From positions 1 through 34,746 of IMG/VR virus record IMGVR_UViG_3300013126_000116: 34,746 bases of DNA; one strand, given 5' to 3'. This DNA is from a virus. Taxonomy: Duplodnaviria > Caudoviricetes. This document shows positions 25,245-34,697 of this stretch, piece after piece. Position numbers and translations under genes: made by a program. The notes under the pieces were generated by a model. It saw only the letters and a list, made by a program, of their open reading frames with translations, searched no databases and had not been told where the DNA came from. Positions within the stretch are counted from its first letter, which is position 1. Every line of letters starts with the position of its first letter.

Positions 25245-25811
25245 TTATATATATTTAAATGTTATTTTTTGTTTATTATATTTTACTGATTTAGATAATC
25301 CTGATATCTGATTTCCTATTGTTCTTGAGTTTAAATTTAATTTTATACTGGCTTCTTGTAAACTGATGAATGTTAAATTTAATTCATTACAATAAACTGG
25401 TTTATACTTAGAAAGGTGAGGTTTTTCATTTCCTTTTCTTTTTTTAGGTTTTCCAGTCATTACAAAACTTCTATATTGTTTTTCATCTTTTGATTGAACT
25501 CTACCTTTATTTTTTTTACTTATTTTTTGTTTTGTTTCTTCTGATCTAATTTTTCCTTTGTTTGTTTTAGAAGATAATTCAGATAAAATTTTATAATCTA
25601 GTTTCATTCTTTTAGCTAATGCTAAACAAGCACCCCAATCATTTTGTTTTAAATGAATATCATAGTGTTCTTGAATAGATAATGCTATTAAATTATTAAT
25701 ATTATTATTTTTTTTATTTCCATCAATATGGTGTATATCATAAACCCTACCTAAATTATCTTTAGGAATAAAACTATGATGTTTTAAATATATTCTTCTA
25801 TAGGGTGCCAT
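25245..25811 (-). CDS. HNH homing endonuclease with NUMOD-type C-terminus
   Basis: YDIHHIDGNKKNNNINNLIALSIQEH..IH; RSEETKQKIS; PVYCNELNLTFISLQEASIKLNL. Confidence 0.88.
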   Translation of the reverse strand: MAPYRRIYLKHHSFIPKDNLGRVYDIHHIDGNKKNNNINNLIALSIQEHYDIHLKQNDWGACLALAKRMKLDYKILSELSSKTNKGKIRSEETKQKISKKNKGRVQSKDEKQYRSFVMTGKPKKRKGNEKPHLSKYKPVYCNELNLTFISLQEASIKLNLNSRTIGNQISGLSKSVKYNKQKITFKYI

Positions 25812-25821
25812 ATTGTGTTAT

Positions 25822-25829
25822 ATAAATAT
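25822..25829 (-). promoter_or_regulatory. ATATTTAT motif (putative late promoter)
   Basis: Intergenic, 10 nt before the HNH ATG. Confidence 0.5.
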
Positions 25830-28800
25830 TATGAAAATAATCCTTTTGATGTTAAGTTTGAAATTATATTTGATAAATTATTTTTTAAAGTAGGACTCAT
25901 GTATTTTGGAAGTATAAATGACGGTGCTAAACCTGGTTTAGACTTAACGGGGTTATTATTTAATATAATATAACCTGGATCAGAAACCAAACGTCTTATA
26001 GCAAAATAATCTAAGTTTTGTCCTTGAGGAGTTCTATCTAAATATAGAAATAAAGGAGAAGCATATGATATGCCAGAAGCTCCACTAAAATTATATGTAG
26101 TACTTCCTGATGTGAATGTATAATTATTTAAAATTGTAGCATCATATTCACCTCCTACAAAACCAGCTTTAAGAATTAAAACATCAGTAGAATTTGAAGC
26201 TGTTATTCCAGCAAAAGTACTTGAATACAAGGGTGCTGAGCTACTTACATTAAAAACTTCAGATGCTGAATATGCGAATGATGTTGGGGTTGTAGAAGTA
26301 AAAGATGAAGTTACTATATAAATGTTAGTTAATGTATTACCCCCAAGAGGAGAAGAAGAAGTAAAATTAAAAGTAATTCCATTTACTTTAAATGAACCTA
26401 TACCTGTCGAAGCAGCACTAGCAGAAGCATAAATTAAACTTCCACTTACTGATCCTGTTGTTTGTAGTTCATAAATAGAGTTTATAGATGAAGACATAAT
26501 TGTATAAACTTCATTTTCATTCCCACCAAATCTTATTTGATCATAAGGTTCTATAGTAAAAGGTAAAGGATTATTAAATCCACTTGAAGTTCCATTTGAT
26601 ACAACAGGAGTTTGAGCATACCCAGGTCCATAAAAATAACTTAAAGCTGTTGAAGCTGTTAAAACAGTTCCTTCAAAACTACTTGTAAAATAACTACTTG
26701 TTATTGTTAGTGGTGTTAATACACTACCTGATGTTATTTGAAAAAATGAATCACCATTAACATATAAATTATCTCTATTAAATCCAGCTGGACTTTGAAA
26801 AGTAGTATAAAAAATATCTCCTTGATTATATGAAGTTTGGGTTGTTAATCTAACTGTGGTGATATTTCCGGTTCCAGGAAGATCATCAGTAGATTGCGCT
26901 AATATTTGATTATTTTTAAATAAAGTAGTAATAACATCTAGAGCTTTTCCACTGGCAAACTTTTGATATTTTATTGAAGAAGTGATATCAACTAATGTGT
27001 TAGAATTTTTTGGAGCTGTGTAAATATAAGTAGATAAATCCCACCCACCAGCCTCATCAGTAATAATATTATTAAATTTTATTCCTTCAAAATCTATAGG
27101 ATTATAATTAATTCCTCCATAAATAAAAGTTTCTAAACCTGTTGTAAATCCTCCTAAACTAGTGAAAGACATTGTAGGAATATAACCTGATTTTAAAAAT
27201 AAACTATTATAAGATCCTGTGTCGGAGTGTATTATAGTTTCAAATCTTTTTAAAGGTTGATAAACAGTTGTTTCAAAATCTTGATTAAAACTTCCACTAC
27301 CATTGTAAACAGCTACAGCTACTGGTGAATCACTTCCAAAATTTTGGTCTGTATTATACCAATAAGAAGAACTTTCTTCAGGTTTATAAACACTTCCTGT
27401 ATTATCTATTAAAAGTTTTATATGATATTGTGTACTTCCAAATCTTTCTGCTAAGGTATTTTGAGCTGTATCAACAAAAAGAATATATTCTTGAGTTTGT
27501 TCAACGTTAGGATAAGTATTACTTCCTAAAAATGTTGTATCATAAGTAACAATACTAGAAGTATAGTTAAAAGTTTGGTTAAAATCTAAAGCTGTTGTTG
27601 AACTTCCTATTTCTCTACTTTTAACATATCCAGCATCACTTAAATTAGTATCTTGCCACTCAATAGATGAAGAAAATTGATTAAATACTCTATTATCTAT
27701 TTGTCTTATATAACCATCAAAATCTACTTGGAAATTATTTGCTGGGCCATTAGTACCACATAATCCTAAAGTATCATATCCTATAGAATTTACAATAGCT
27801 TCTCTATAAATAAAGTTAGGACCAAAAATTGGGAATGGAGATGAACTAACAACATCACACAATACACCTATGCCATTACAATTTGTATAATTAAAATAAA
27901 TATCTTCATCACCCTGAGCTGGGGTTCCACCTTGAGTTCCTAAGTTAGTTACTTTATATCTAACACAACTACCTAAAGCATTTGTATTAATAGATTGTGA
28001 TGTAGGTAGTTTTTTAAATTTAAATTGAGATTGAACGTTTGGAACAACATTGTTATCTAAAGCATCCCAACCTTCATATTGTTCTACAAAAGCTTGACCT
28101 TCATTAAATCTTCCTAAGTCTTGTAAATAAAAATTTGTACTACCTACTGTTGTTACTTTGTCTTTACATGCTGTTAATTGTACTACTCTTTGTGTAATTC
28201 CAGAATCTACTTTAGTTTCTCCATTACAATCAATCCAAACAATTTGTCCGTCTGTAGTAACTTGATATTGATGGCAATCACAAATAGCTCTAGTAAATGG
28301 ATTATTTTGATCATAAGCACTCCAAACTTCAATAAAACTTCCACTTAATTCTCCATCAAAGAAAGCTTCATTTATAGTTGAATTTCTTGAACAACAATAA
28401 TCTCCTGAGTTAGATCCTACAATGGCTACTGTTTCTGTTTGACCATCATATGATGCTGTGTCAATAGTAGGTTCATATCTTCTTGTTTTACTTCTTTCAA
28501 GAATATGGGGTTTAATTACAACACCTGATGTATTATTTGCTCTACCCGGAATGTATGTTTCTAAATATCTAAATAAAGACTTATGATAAGTTTCAATTAA
28601 TTGAATAAAGTCTTTATAATTATAAGGACTAACATATTTTTCAAAATAATCTTCTTGTAAAGTTTCTAAACCAGGATAAAAGTTTAAATCACTGTATCTT
28701 GGGTCTCCTATTATTTGATCTAAATTATAAGTAGTACCTAATTGAGCAATGATATCATTATTTATTTGATCTTGTGGGCTAAAACCAACTTGAGTTAAAT

Positions 28801-31405
28801 GAATATCGGTAGTTCTACTACTTGTAGGATTATTATAAACTACAGATTTAACAAGTTGTAATCTATTAGTTGCTAATGTTTGACTTTCTATTCTTATTTT
28901 ATCTGTATTTGGAACTGAGTATCCTCCTACGGCTGGTTGAGTATAGTATTGTTCTGTGGAATATACATAATCACTTGGTTGCCAAGTTCCATTAAAATAT
29001 AAAAAATAATTTGGAGTAGAATGAGGTTGACTACCTGTTACAATGCCAAAATTAGTATATAAATCATTTCCTAAAGGAAATCTAAATATTAAATTATCAT
29101 AAGCATCATTTGTAGTATTACCTACATAAGATTCTGGGTTGAGAGTATGGGCGTCTAATACAGATTTACTTAAAGGAATGGACCATCCTCTTAATTCTTG
29201 TAATTGAGAATAACAACTACCTAATGATAAATTTGAAGGAAGTGTAGTAGAAAATAATGGATTTACATTTCCTAATTCAATTCTTGTATTAACGTCATCA
29301 TAAACAGGAATAGAGTAAGATGTAGAAACATTATAACCTATTTCACCATTTAATTCATTTTTTACATATAAAGTAGATCCAGTTCCTTCATTTTGCCAAA
29401 TTACATTCCACCAATTATAGTCTTTATTACTACCTGTTACAAAAACAGGCACTGAAACACTTTGAGTTACATTTGTTGTATTAGTCCAAAGAACTACATT
29501 AGCATAATCATAACCATTTACTGTAGTTGGTTGTAAATAAATTACCCAATCAGCTGTAGATGGAGTAGTATGATTTGATCCTATTAATAATGTTTGGTTA
29601 TTTGATGTATTTAAAGTAGTCGGTTTAAATCTAAATTCTAAATTTTGTATACCATAAGAACTAGTTGTAAGATTATCTATAAAACTATATTTAAATGGTT
29701 GAAATTGTAACGCTGCAGAAAATCTAGAATAGTTGTATTCTGCTGTGTTGCTTGTTTTATCTATACCACCAAATTCCATTGGAAATAAGATAGTATCAGG
29801 AATACCATAAAGAGTATTTAAATAATTAACAAATTTATCTGTTCCTTTACTTTTTAATAATGTAGGTAAGTTAGCATATATTCTTTTAAATACACTTTTT
29901 GCTTCATCTTGACCAGAAAGTGTATATTGTGATGCCGTTATACCTGTTTGCCATGAAGCTGTTTGAAAATAAGGACTTCCTTGTTGGTTTGTTCCATATA
30001 ACCATGTATAAAGATTATCTTGATCTCCATCAGTATAAAGTTTAATACCTAAACTTTGAAGAGCATTTCCAACCATATCTTTACTAATACCATCAGCTAA
30101 TGAGTTATCTGCTTTCCATAAATCAGTCATAGCTTTGATATAAAGCCAAATCTCATCAAACATTTGACCCATTGAATACACAAATGGTTCTACATTTGAA
30201 AAAGTTGGACTTTCTTGTAAGTATGTAGGTAATGCATAAATTAAGTTATTATTGTTAAATTCATCATAATAACTTGCTGAGTAGGATTGGTTATTATACC
30301 AAATAATAGATTCTGTAGATCCGGTTGTTTGGTTTACATAAGGAAGAGTTGTATTTGATTTAGGCCAAGCTGTACTACTTGATTGATAATACAAATATTC
30401 TTCATAGTTTGTAAAACCTTGAATTGTTTGGTCTATTATAGATTGAGAAATAATTCTGTTTAAATTAGTAGAAGGTAAACCACTTATTCCACTTTGTAAA
30501 CTCTGTATTTTACCTAGTTTATATTTAAAAGTTTCTAATTGTTGTTGAGCTGAACCAAAGTGAACAAAATTAATATATTCAGTATAATCTACATTTATTG
30601 TTGGATTACTACTTGATATAAAAGCCAACATTGTTTGTAGTTCACTAGATTGAGTTAAATTTGTAATTTGATTAAAATTATAATAATCACTTGAACCAAT
30701 TCTATAACTATCAACATCTAAAGTAAAATTTGCTTCTCTTAAACTTGGAAATGTTACAGAAGAAGAAATATTAGATGTTAAAATAGCTTGATAACTATAT
30801 GTATTTACTACTTTTTCTACAACATTTAAAGGACTATTTACAATAATGTTTTGAGGAAGAGGATTTTCTAATTTAATAATTACTGTAGCTGTTCCAAAAA
30901 CATCTTTTTCAGCAGCTAAAGATAAAGCGGTGGTTAAATTATTATTTCCAAAATCAAGATAATACTCAATAAAATAATCTCTTGATTGAATTAAATCTAT
31001 ATAAGCAACAGCATTTGAAAAAAATAAATCGTTGTTTGTTGTTGTTCTTACTTTAATTTCTTTTCTATCTGGGGAAATTGAATAAATAAATAAATCTAAA
31101 TTAGGATTTTGCGTTAATAAAGGTCTTAAAAAATTATAGACCATATTATATGTACCTAATCTAAAACCAGCACTTTCTATATCATATGCTGGGTCAAAAT
31201 TAATTTCTTTATTTTCGGTAACACTATATTCTTGAAAGTTTGGATTATTAAAAACTAATGTACCTAAATCTGTATAAATAAATAATTGTACAAAATCCCC
31301 AGATACGCCAAAAAATCTAGTCATTTCTGTACTCGCTACAAGATTTTGCTCTTGTTGAGTTAAAATATTATTATTTACGTATGTTGGATTTATTTGTACA
31401 GGCAT
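25829..31405 (-). CDS. Large (1858 aa) baseplate/tail structural protein
   Basis: In the baseplate module; RIYANLPTLLKSKGT (wedge-subunit-type KGT motif), LamG-like region (LEFRFK...WWNV...QELRGW), YIPGRAN..SGVVIKPHILER, S/T-rich beta C-terminus. Confidence 0.75.
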   Translation of the reverse strand: MPVQINPTYVNNNILTQQEQNLVASTEMTRFFGVSGDFVQLFIYTDLGTLVFNNPNFQEYSVTENKEINFDPAYDIESAGFRLGTYNMVYNFLRPLLTQNPNLDLFIYSISPDRKEIKVRTTTNNDLFFSNAVAYIDLIQSRDYFIEYYLDFGNNNLTTALSLAAEKDVFGTATVIIKLENPLPQNIIVNSPLNVVEKVVNTYSYQAILTSNISSSVTFPSLREANFTLDVDSYRIGSSDYYNFNQITNLTQSSELQTMLAFISSSNPTINVDYTEYINFVHFGSAQQQLETFKYKLGKIQSLQSGISGLPSTNLNRIISQSIIDQTIQGFTNYEEYLYYQSSSTAWPKSNTTLPYVNQTTGSTESIIWYNNQSYSASYYDEFNNNNLIYALPTYLQESPTFSNVEPFVYSMGQMFDEIWLYIKAMTDLWKADNSLADGISKDMVGNALQSLGIKLYTDGDQDNLYTWLYGTNQQGSPYFQTASWQTGITASQYTLSGQDEAKSVFKRIYANLPTLLKSKGTDKFVNYLNTLYGIPDTILFPMEFGGIDKTSNTAEYNYSRFSAALQFQPFKYSFIDNLTTSSYGIQNLEFRFKPTTLNTSNNQTLLIGSNHTTPSTADWVIYLQPTTVNGYDYANVVLWTNTTNVTQSVSVPVFVTGSNKDYNWWNVIWQNEGTGSTLYVKNELNGEIGYNVSTSYSIPVYDDVNTRIELGNVNPLFSTTLPSNLSLGSCYSQLQELRGWSIPLSKSVLDAHTLNPESYVGNTTNDAYDNLIFRFPLGNDLYTNFGIVTGSQPHSTPNYFLYFNGTWQPSDYVYSTEQYYTQPAVGGYSVPNTDKIRIESQTLATNRLQLVKSVVYNNPTSSRTTDIHLTQVGFSPQDQINNDIIAQLGTTYNLDQIIGDPRYSDLNFYPGLETLQEDYFEKYVSPYNYKDFIQLIETYHKSLFRYLETYIPGRANNTSGVVIKPHILERSKTRRYEPTIDTASYDGQTETVAIVGSNSGDYCCSRNSTINEAFFDGELSGSFIEVWSAYDQNNPFTRAICDCHQYQVTTDGQIVWIDCNGETKVDSGITQRVVQLTACKDKVTTVGSTNFYLQDLGRFNEGQAFVEQYEGWDALDNNVVPNVQSQFKFKKLPTSQSINTNALGSCVRYKVTNLGTQGGTPAQGDEDIYFNYTNCNGIGVLCDVVSSSPFPIFGPNFIYREAIVNSIGYDTLGLCGTNGPANNFQVDFDGYIRQIDNRVFNQFSSSIEWQDTNLSDAGYVKSREIGSSTTALDFNQTFNYTSSIVTYDTTFLGSNTYPNVEQTQEYILFVDTAQNTLAERFGSTQYHIKLLIDNTGSVYKPEESSSYWYNTDQNFGSDSPVAVAVYNGSGSFNQDFETTVYQPLKRFETIIHSDTGSYNSLFLKSGYIPTMSFTSLGGFTTGLETFIYGGINYNPIDFEGIKFNNIITDEAGGWDLSTYIYTAPKNSNTLVDITSSIKYQKFASGKALDVITTLFKNNQILAQSTDDLPGTGNITTVRLTTQTSYNQGDIFYTTFQSPAGFNRDNLYVNGDSFFQITSGSVLTPLTITSSYFTSSFEGTVLTASTALSYFYGPGYAQTPVVSNGTSSGFNNPLPFTIEPYDQIRFGGNENEVYTIMSSSINSIYELQTTGSVSGSLIYASASAASTGIGSFKVNGITFNFTSSSPLGGNTLTNIYIVTSSFTSTTPTSFAYSASEVFNVSSSAPLYSSTFAGITASNSTDVLILKAGFVGGEYDATILNNYTFTSGSTTYNFSGASGISYASPLFLYLDRTPQGQNLDYFAIRRLVSDPGYIILNNNPVKSKPGLAPSFILPKYMSPTLKNNLSNIISNLTSKGLFS

Positions 31406-31734
31406 TAAATATTTGTATTAAATTCGTTTATTTGTTCTTGTAACTGTTTATTTTGTTGTTGTAAAAAATTTAACTGTTCTAATAATAAATTTAAGTCTAA
31501 ACCTAAATATTCACTACTTCTTTCTACAAGAGTAGTATGTGAATTACTTCCAGTTAAAGGAATTTGATAAAATAATATATCATAATTTTCAAAAAAACCA
31601 TCAACAGTAGGAATATTATCTATTACATCAGTAGTAGTATTAGGATTTACAGCTACACTAAATCCAGTATCTACTACTTTATTAATATCTTTACTATATA
31701 TTGTTTTTTTAGTTGATATAGTTATTTTACTCAT
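31405..31734 (-). CDS. Small hypothetical protein in the baseplate module with C-terminal coiled coil
   Basis: 109 aa; overlaps both neighbours; FFENYDILFYQIP..G.NSH..LV. Confidence 0.7.
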   Translation of the reverse strand: MSKITISTKKTIYSKDINKVVDTGFSVAVNPNTTTDVIDNIPTVDGFFENYDILFYQIPLTGSNSHTTLVERSSEYLGLDLNLLLEQLNFLQQQNKQLQEQINEFNTNI

Positions 31735-32816
31735 GGGAATATAGTTTGGGAAACTTTAAATTTCATATCACTATCATCTTTTACATATGTACTTCCATCA
31801 ATATTTACTTTAACTTGGATTGTATAAAATCTTTCTGGTTCTAGTGTACTCATATCTACATTGAAATAAGATCCTGTTTTATTTGCACTTATTAAAGTAC
31901 CAGGATTATTAAAAGGAATAATAGTTTCATTAGTATCTACATCAATAATTTGATAAAAACTTTGTGAAGGTAAAGTTTTATTAAATTCATATAATGAAGA
32001 AGTTACAAACTGTCTTTGAGGATATTTATCTCTTGAAGCCACAGTAAATCTAACGTTACTTTCAGCGTAATAAACTCCATCATTATTTCCAATAGACATA
32101 TCAAATACTTGATTAGTTTGAATTTTTGTTAACTCAGGATCCCAAATTTGACTTTTCCAATAAAAGAATAAAGAAGGAGGATAAATAGTATTAGTATCTC
32201 TACTAAAATAATCTAAAGTATATTGGTAATTTTGGTTATTTTCTACAGATTCACTAACTCTTAAAATAAATCCTTTATTAGGTATTAAAGAAGAAGACCA
32301 TTGATTTATAATAGAAGTTACATTAATGTATAAATCTTGGGGAGTATATTGAGAAATAGATGTTGTAGCATAACTACTTGTATACCAAGATCCTCCACCT
32401 ACAGAACCTGATAGAAAAGAACTTGTAGTTCCAGATCCAGTAAGCCAAAATTGTCCAGCTTTAGGTCCTAACCAACTACATCCATTTATAGTAGTCGGAT
32501 CGTTTGCTAATCTTCCAGTTCCTTGATCCCATTCTTGAGAAATAGGATTAACTACTATTGGAACTACTGTTGGTAAACTTTCTACTTGTGAAGCATATAT
32601 TTTTAAATAAGCTTCCCAACTACCAGACGCTGCGGGAGTTGTATTTACTTTATTTAAAATATCCATTATTTCAGTTTGGTCAAACTGAATAAGTATTCTA
32701 GAAGCATTATATATATCAGGTTTAGTAAATTCTAATATAGGATCTAAACCAGTATTTGTGGTTGGAAATAATGAATATAATGTTGCGTCTTTAGAAGGGA
32801 ATAATTGAGAAAACAT
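31731..32816 (-). CDS. Structural protein with a DNRLRE/disaggregatase-like beta-sandwich domain
   Basis: KDATLYS...N.G, SRILIQFD, AYLKIY, WDQGTG, INVTSII..W, NKGFIL, FSRDT...PPSL. Confidence 0.62.
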   Translation of the reverse strand: MFSQLFPSKDATLYSLFPTTNTGLDPILEFTKPDIYNASRILIQFDQTEIMDILNKVNTTPAASGSWEAYLKIYASQVESLPTVVPIVVNPISQEWDQGTGRLANDPTTINGCSWLGPKAGQFWLTGSGTTSSFLSGSVGGGSWYTSSYATTSISQYTPQDLYINVTSIINQWSSSLIPNKGFILRVSESVENNQNYQYTLDYFSRDTNTIYPPSLFFYWKSQIWDPELTKIQTNQVFDMSIGNNDGVYYAESNVRFTVASRDKYPQRQFVTSSLYEFNKTLPSQSFYQIIDVDTNETIIPFNNPGTLISANKTGSYFNVDMSTLEPERFYTIQVKVNIDGSTYVKDDSDMKFKVSQTIFP

Positions 32817-32821
32817 ATATT

Positions 32822-32829
32822 ATAAATAT
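32822..32829 (-). promoter_or_regulatory. ATATTTAT motif (putative late promoter)
   Basis: Intergenic, 5 nt before the ATG at 32816. Confidence 0.55.
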
Positions 32830-34697
32830 TAAGCTCCAACAACTCGTCCTAAAATATCACTATCTGGGTATCTAATTTCAAAAATCATTGGATCTAAACT
32901 AGGATAAATAATACCTCCTAAAGTAGCTCCTTGTAAATCATATGTATAAGGACTGTAAATTCCACCAGCTTTATTAGTAAATTCTATATTTTTTACAGCA
33001 GCAACTCCATTTACGTTAGCACAACTAATACAATTTTCTACTTGACTTAATATAATAGGTTGATTTATTGACCAATTTTTAATATTAAAAAATTCTTTTA
33101 GGGCATTAATACAACCAATTAAAACTTGCTGTGCATTATAACCTTGTAATACTTGTATTTCAAAATTAATACCAATATTAATATAAAAAGCATTTTTAAT
33201 TGTAACAGCATCTGTTAACATTTTATATTGACTTAAATATGTTTTTAAATTTTGTTTTACTGCTAAATTAGATGTAGTTAATTTACCATCGTTATTAGTT
33301 GATAATACATAAGCACTTAATGCTAAAGGATTCATATTAACTAAACTTTGAGTATTATCTCTATCAGCGTTTAAGTTTAAATCCTGAACTACATAAGCTT
33401 TAGCAATATATCCAAACTCATTAGGCATACTAAGAATTCTTACTAAGTAATCATCTTTTGTAACATTTCTTAATTGAGTAGGAAAATTAGATAAAGCATT
33501 TAATCTTATTTCTTCTAAAGTATCTCCAGGTCCTCCTCCAGTTGCTCCAATTGTATTGTTAAATTTGATACTTTCTAATACTGTTTGTACTGTAGAACTA
33601 TTTAAACCGTAATCATTTAATTGAGCATTTGCTGTTACTAATTGATTAACATCATTAGCAGGAACATTACTTCGAGCTCCTCCACCAACAATATAAGTAA
33701 AAGTAATTGTTGTATTTACTGGGGCTTGACCATACTCGTTTGTAAAGAAAAAGTTTGACGGATCAAAAGCTGTATTAAATGCACTAATTCCATCTTGTAT
33801 TCCTAAACCAACATTATCAGGATTAGGAATAATTAATTCACTGTCTTTACCAGAAGTTCCTGCTCCAAAACTAATTTCTAATTCAGTATCACTTACAAAT
33901 TGAGCTGTAAATCTATTGTTTACTTTTTTAAGTCTCAACATAAATGGAGCTTGATCATTATATTGAGAATAATTAGGTTCAAAAACACTAATATTATAAG
34001 TTTTATCTATGATTGTATCTTGAGCTAAATAAGGTACTTCATACCATGTATTTCCATCACTATCTACAGCTTCAAGAATTTGAATTATGTTTTCATCAAC
34101 TAAAGTTACTTTAGCAAATTGTTCTAAAGTAGTAAAAGGAAAACTTTGAGTTTGAACAGTTCCAGAAAAAGCTTCTACTTGTTTTTTTATAACATAAAAT
34201 AAAGGATCAGTAGTAGCAGTATAATAACTATAAACACTTACATCTGTAGGATCAAAACTACTGCTGTAGTTAAAATCTACTAAATTTTGAGTTAAAAATA
34301 CTATATCGGGTTGAGAAGTACTACCTACTTGCGTGTTTTCGGGTATTCTTACCGCATATCTCCAATCAGGCAGATAACTGTTCGCTGCATCAGAAGGTAT
34401 TAATTGATATACGTCTAAAACTACAGTAGAAGGTCTAGTCATTTTTGGACTATATCCTAAACTATAAGCAATAGGAAGAATATTTTTTCTTTCTTTAGCT
34501 TCTAAAAGTAACGTTTCTTGTACTTGAGTATCAGTGTAAAAAGATAATACATCTCCTACATATGCTGATAAATCAACAAACATATTACCAGGTGAACTAG
34601 GACCAAAGTCAGAGTAGTTTTGATAGTTATTTTTAATATAATCTACTAAAGCCTGTTGTAGTTGTTGAAAATCTTTATTTAAATATTGTATTGCCAT
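32829..34697 (-). CDS. gp6: Baseplate wedge subunit, T4 gp6-like / baseplate J-like
   Basis: KDFQQLQQALVDYIK..Y...SDF...SPG.MF.DL.AYVGDVLSFY.D, A..LGY.P, ISFGAG, GG..N, TGGG..DTLEEIR, Q.R.VT..DY. Confidence 0.88.
   Translation of the reverse strand: MAIQYLNKDFQQLQQALVDYIKNNYQNYSDFGPSSPGNMFVDLSAYVGDVLSFYTDTQVQETLLLEAKERKNILPIAYSLGYSPKMTRPSTVVLDVYQLIPSDAANSYLPDWRYAVRIPENTQVGSTSQPDIVFLTQNLVDFNYSSSFDPTDVSVYSYYTATTDPLFYVIKKQVEAFSGTVQTQSFPFTTLEQFAKVTLVDENIIQILEAVDSDGNTWYEVPYLAQDTIIDKTYNISVFEPNYSQYNDQAPFMLRLKKVNNRFTAQFVSDTELEISFGAGTSGKDSELIIPNPDNVGLGIQDGISAFNTAFDPSNFFFTNEYGQAPVNTTITFTYIVGGGARSNVPANDVNQLVTANAQLNDYGLNSSTVQTVLESIKFNNTIGATGGGPGDTLEEIRLNALSNFPTQLRNVTKDDYLVRILSMPNEFGYIAKAYVVQDLNLNADRDNTQSLVNMNPLALSAYVLSTNNDGKLTTSNLAVKQNLKTYLSQYKMLTDAVTIKNAFYINIGINFEIQVLQGYNAQQVLIGCINALKEFFNIKNWSINQPIILSQVENCISCANVNGVAAVKNIEFTNKAGGIYSPYTYDLQGATLGGIIYPSLDPMIFEIRYPDSDILGRVVGA

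Noticed and set aside
25245-25811. Group I intron or intein hosting the HNH (or the GIY-YIG at 15678)
   Set aside because: Flanking genes look complete and the gaps are under 20 nt, leaving no room for an intron core; the endonucleases are free-standing.
10-27510. All plus-strand ORFs in the track (e.g. 10-192, 971-1189, 17755-18036, 21850-22149, 24596-24829)
   Set aside because: They are short antisense shadows of well-supported minus-strand genes, with F/S/L-rich composition typical of reverse-frame translation and no motifs.
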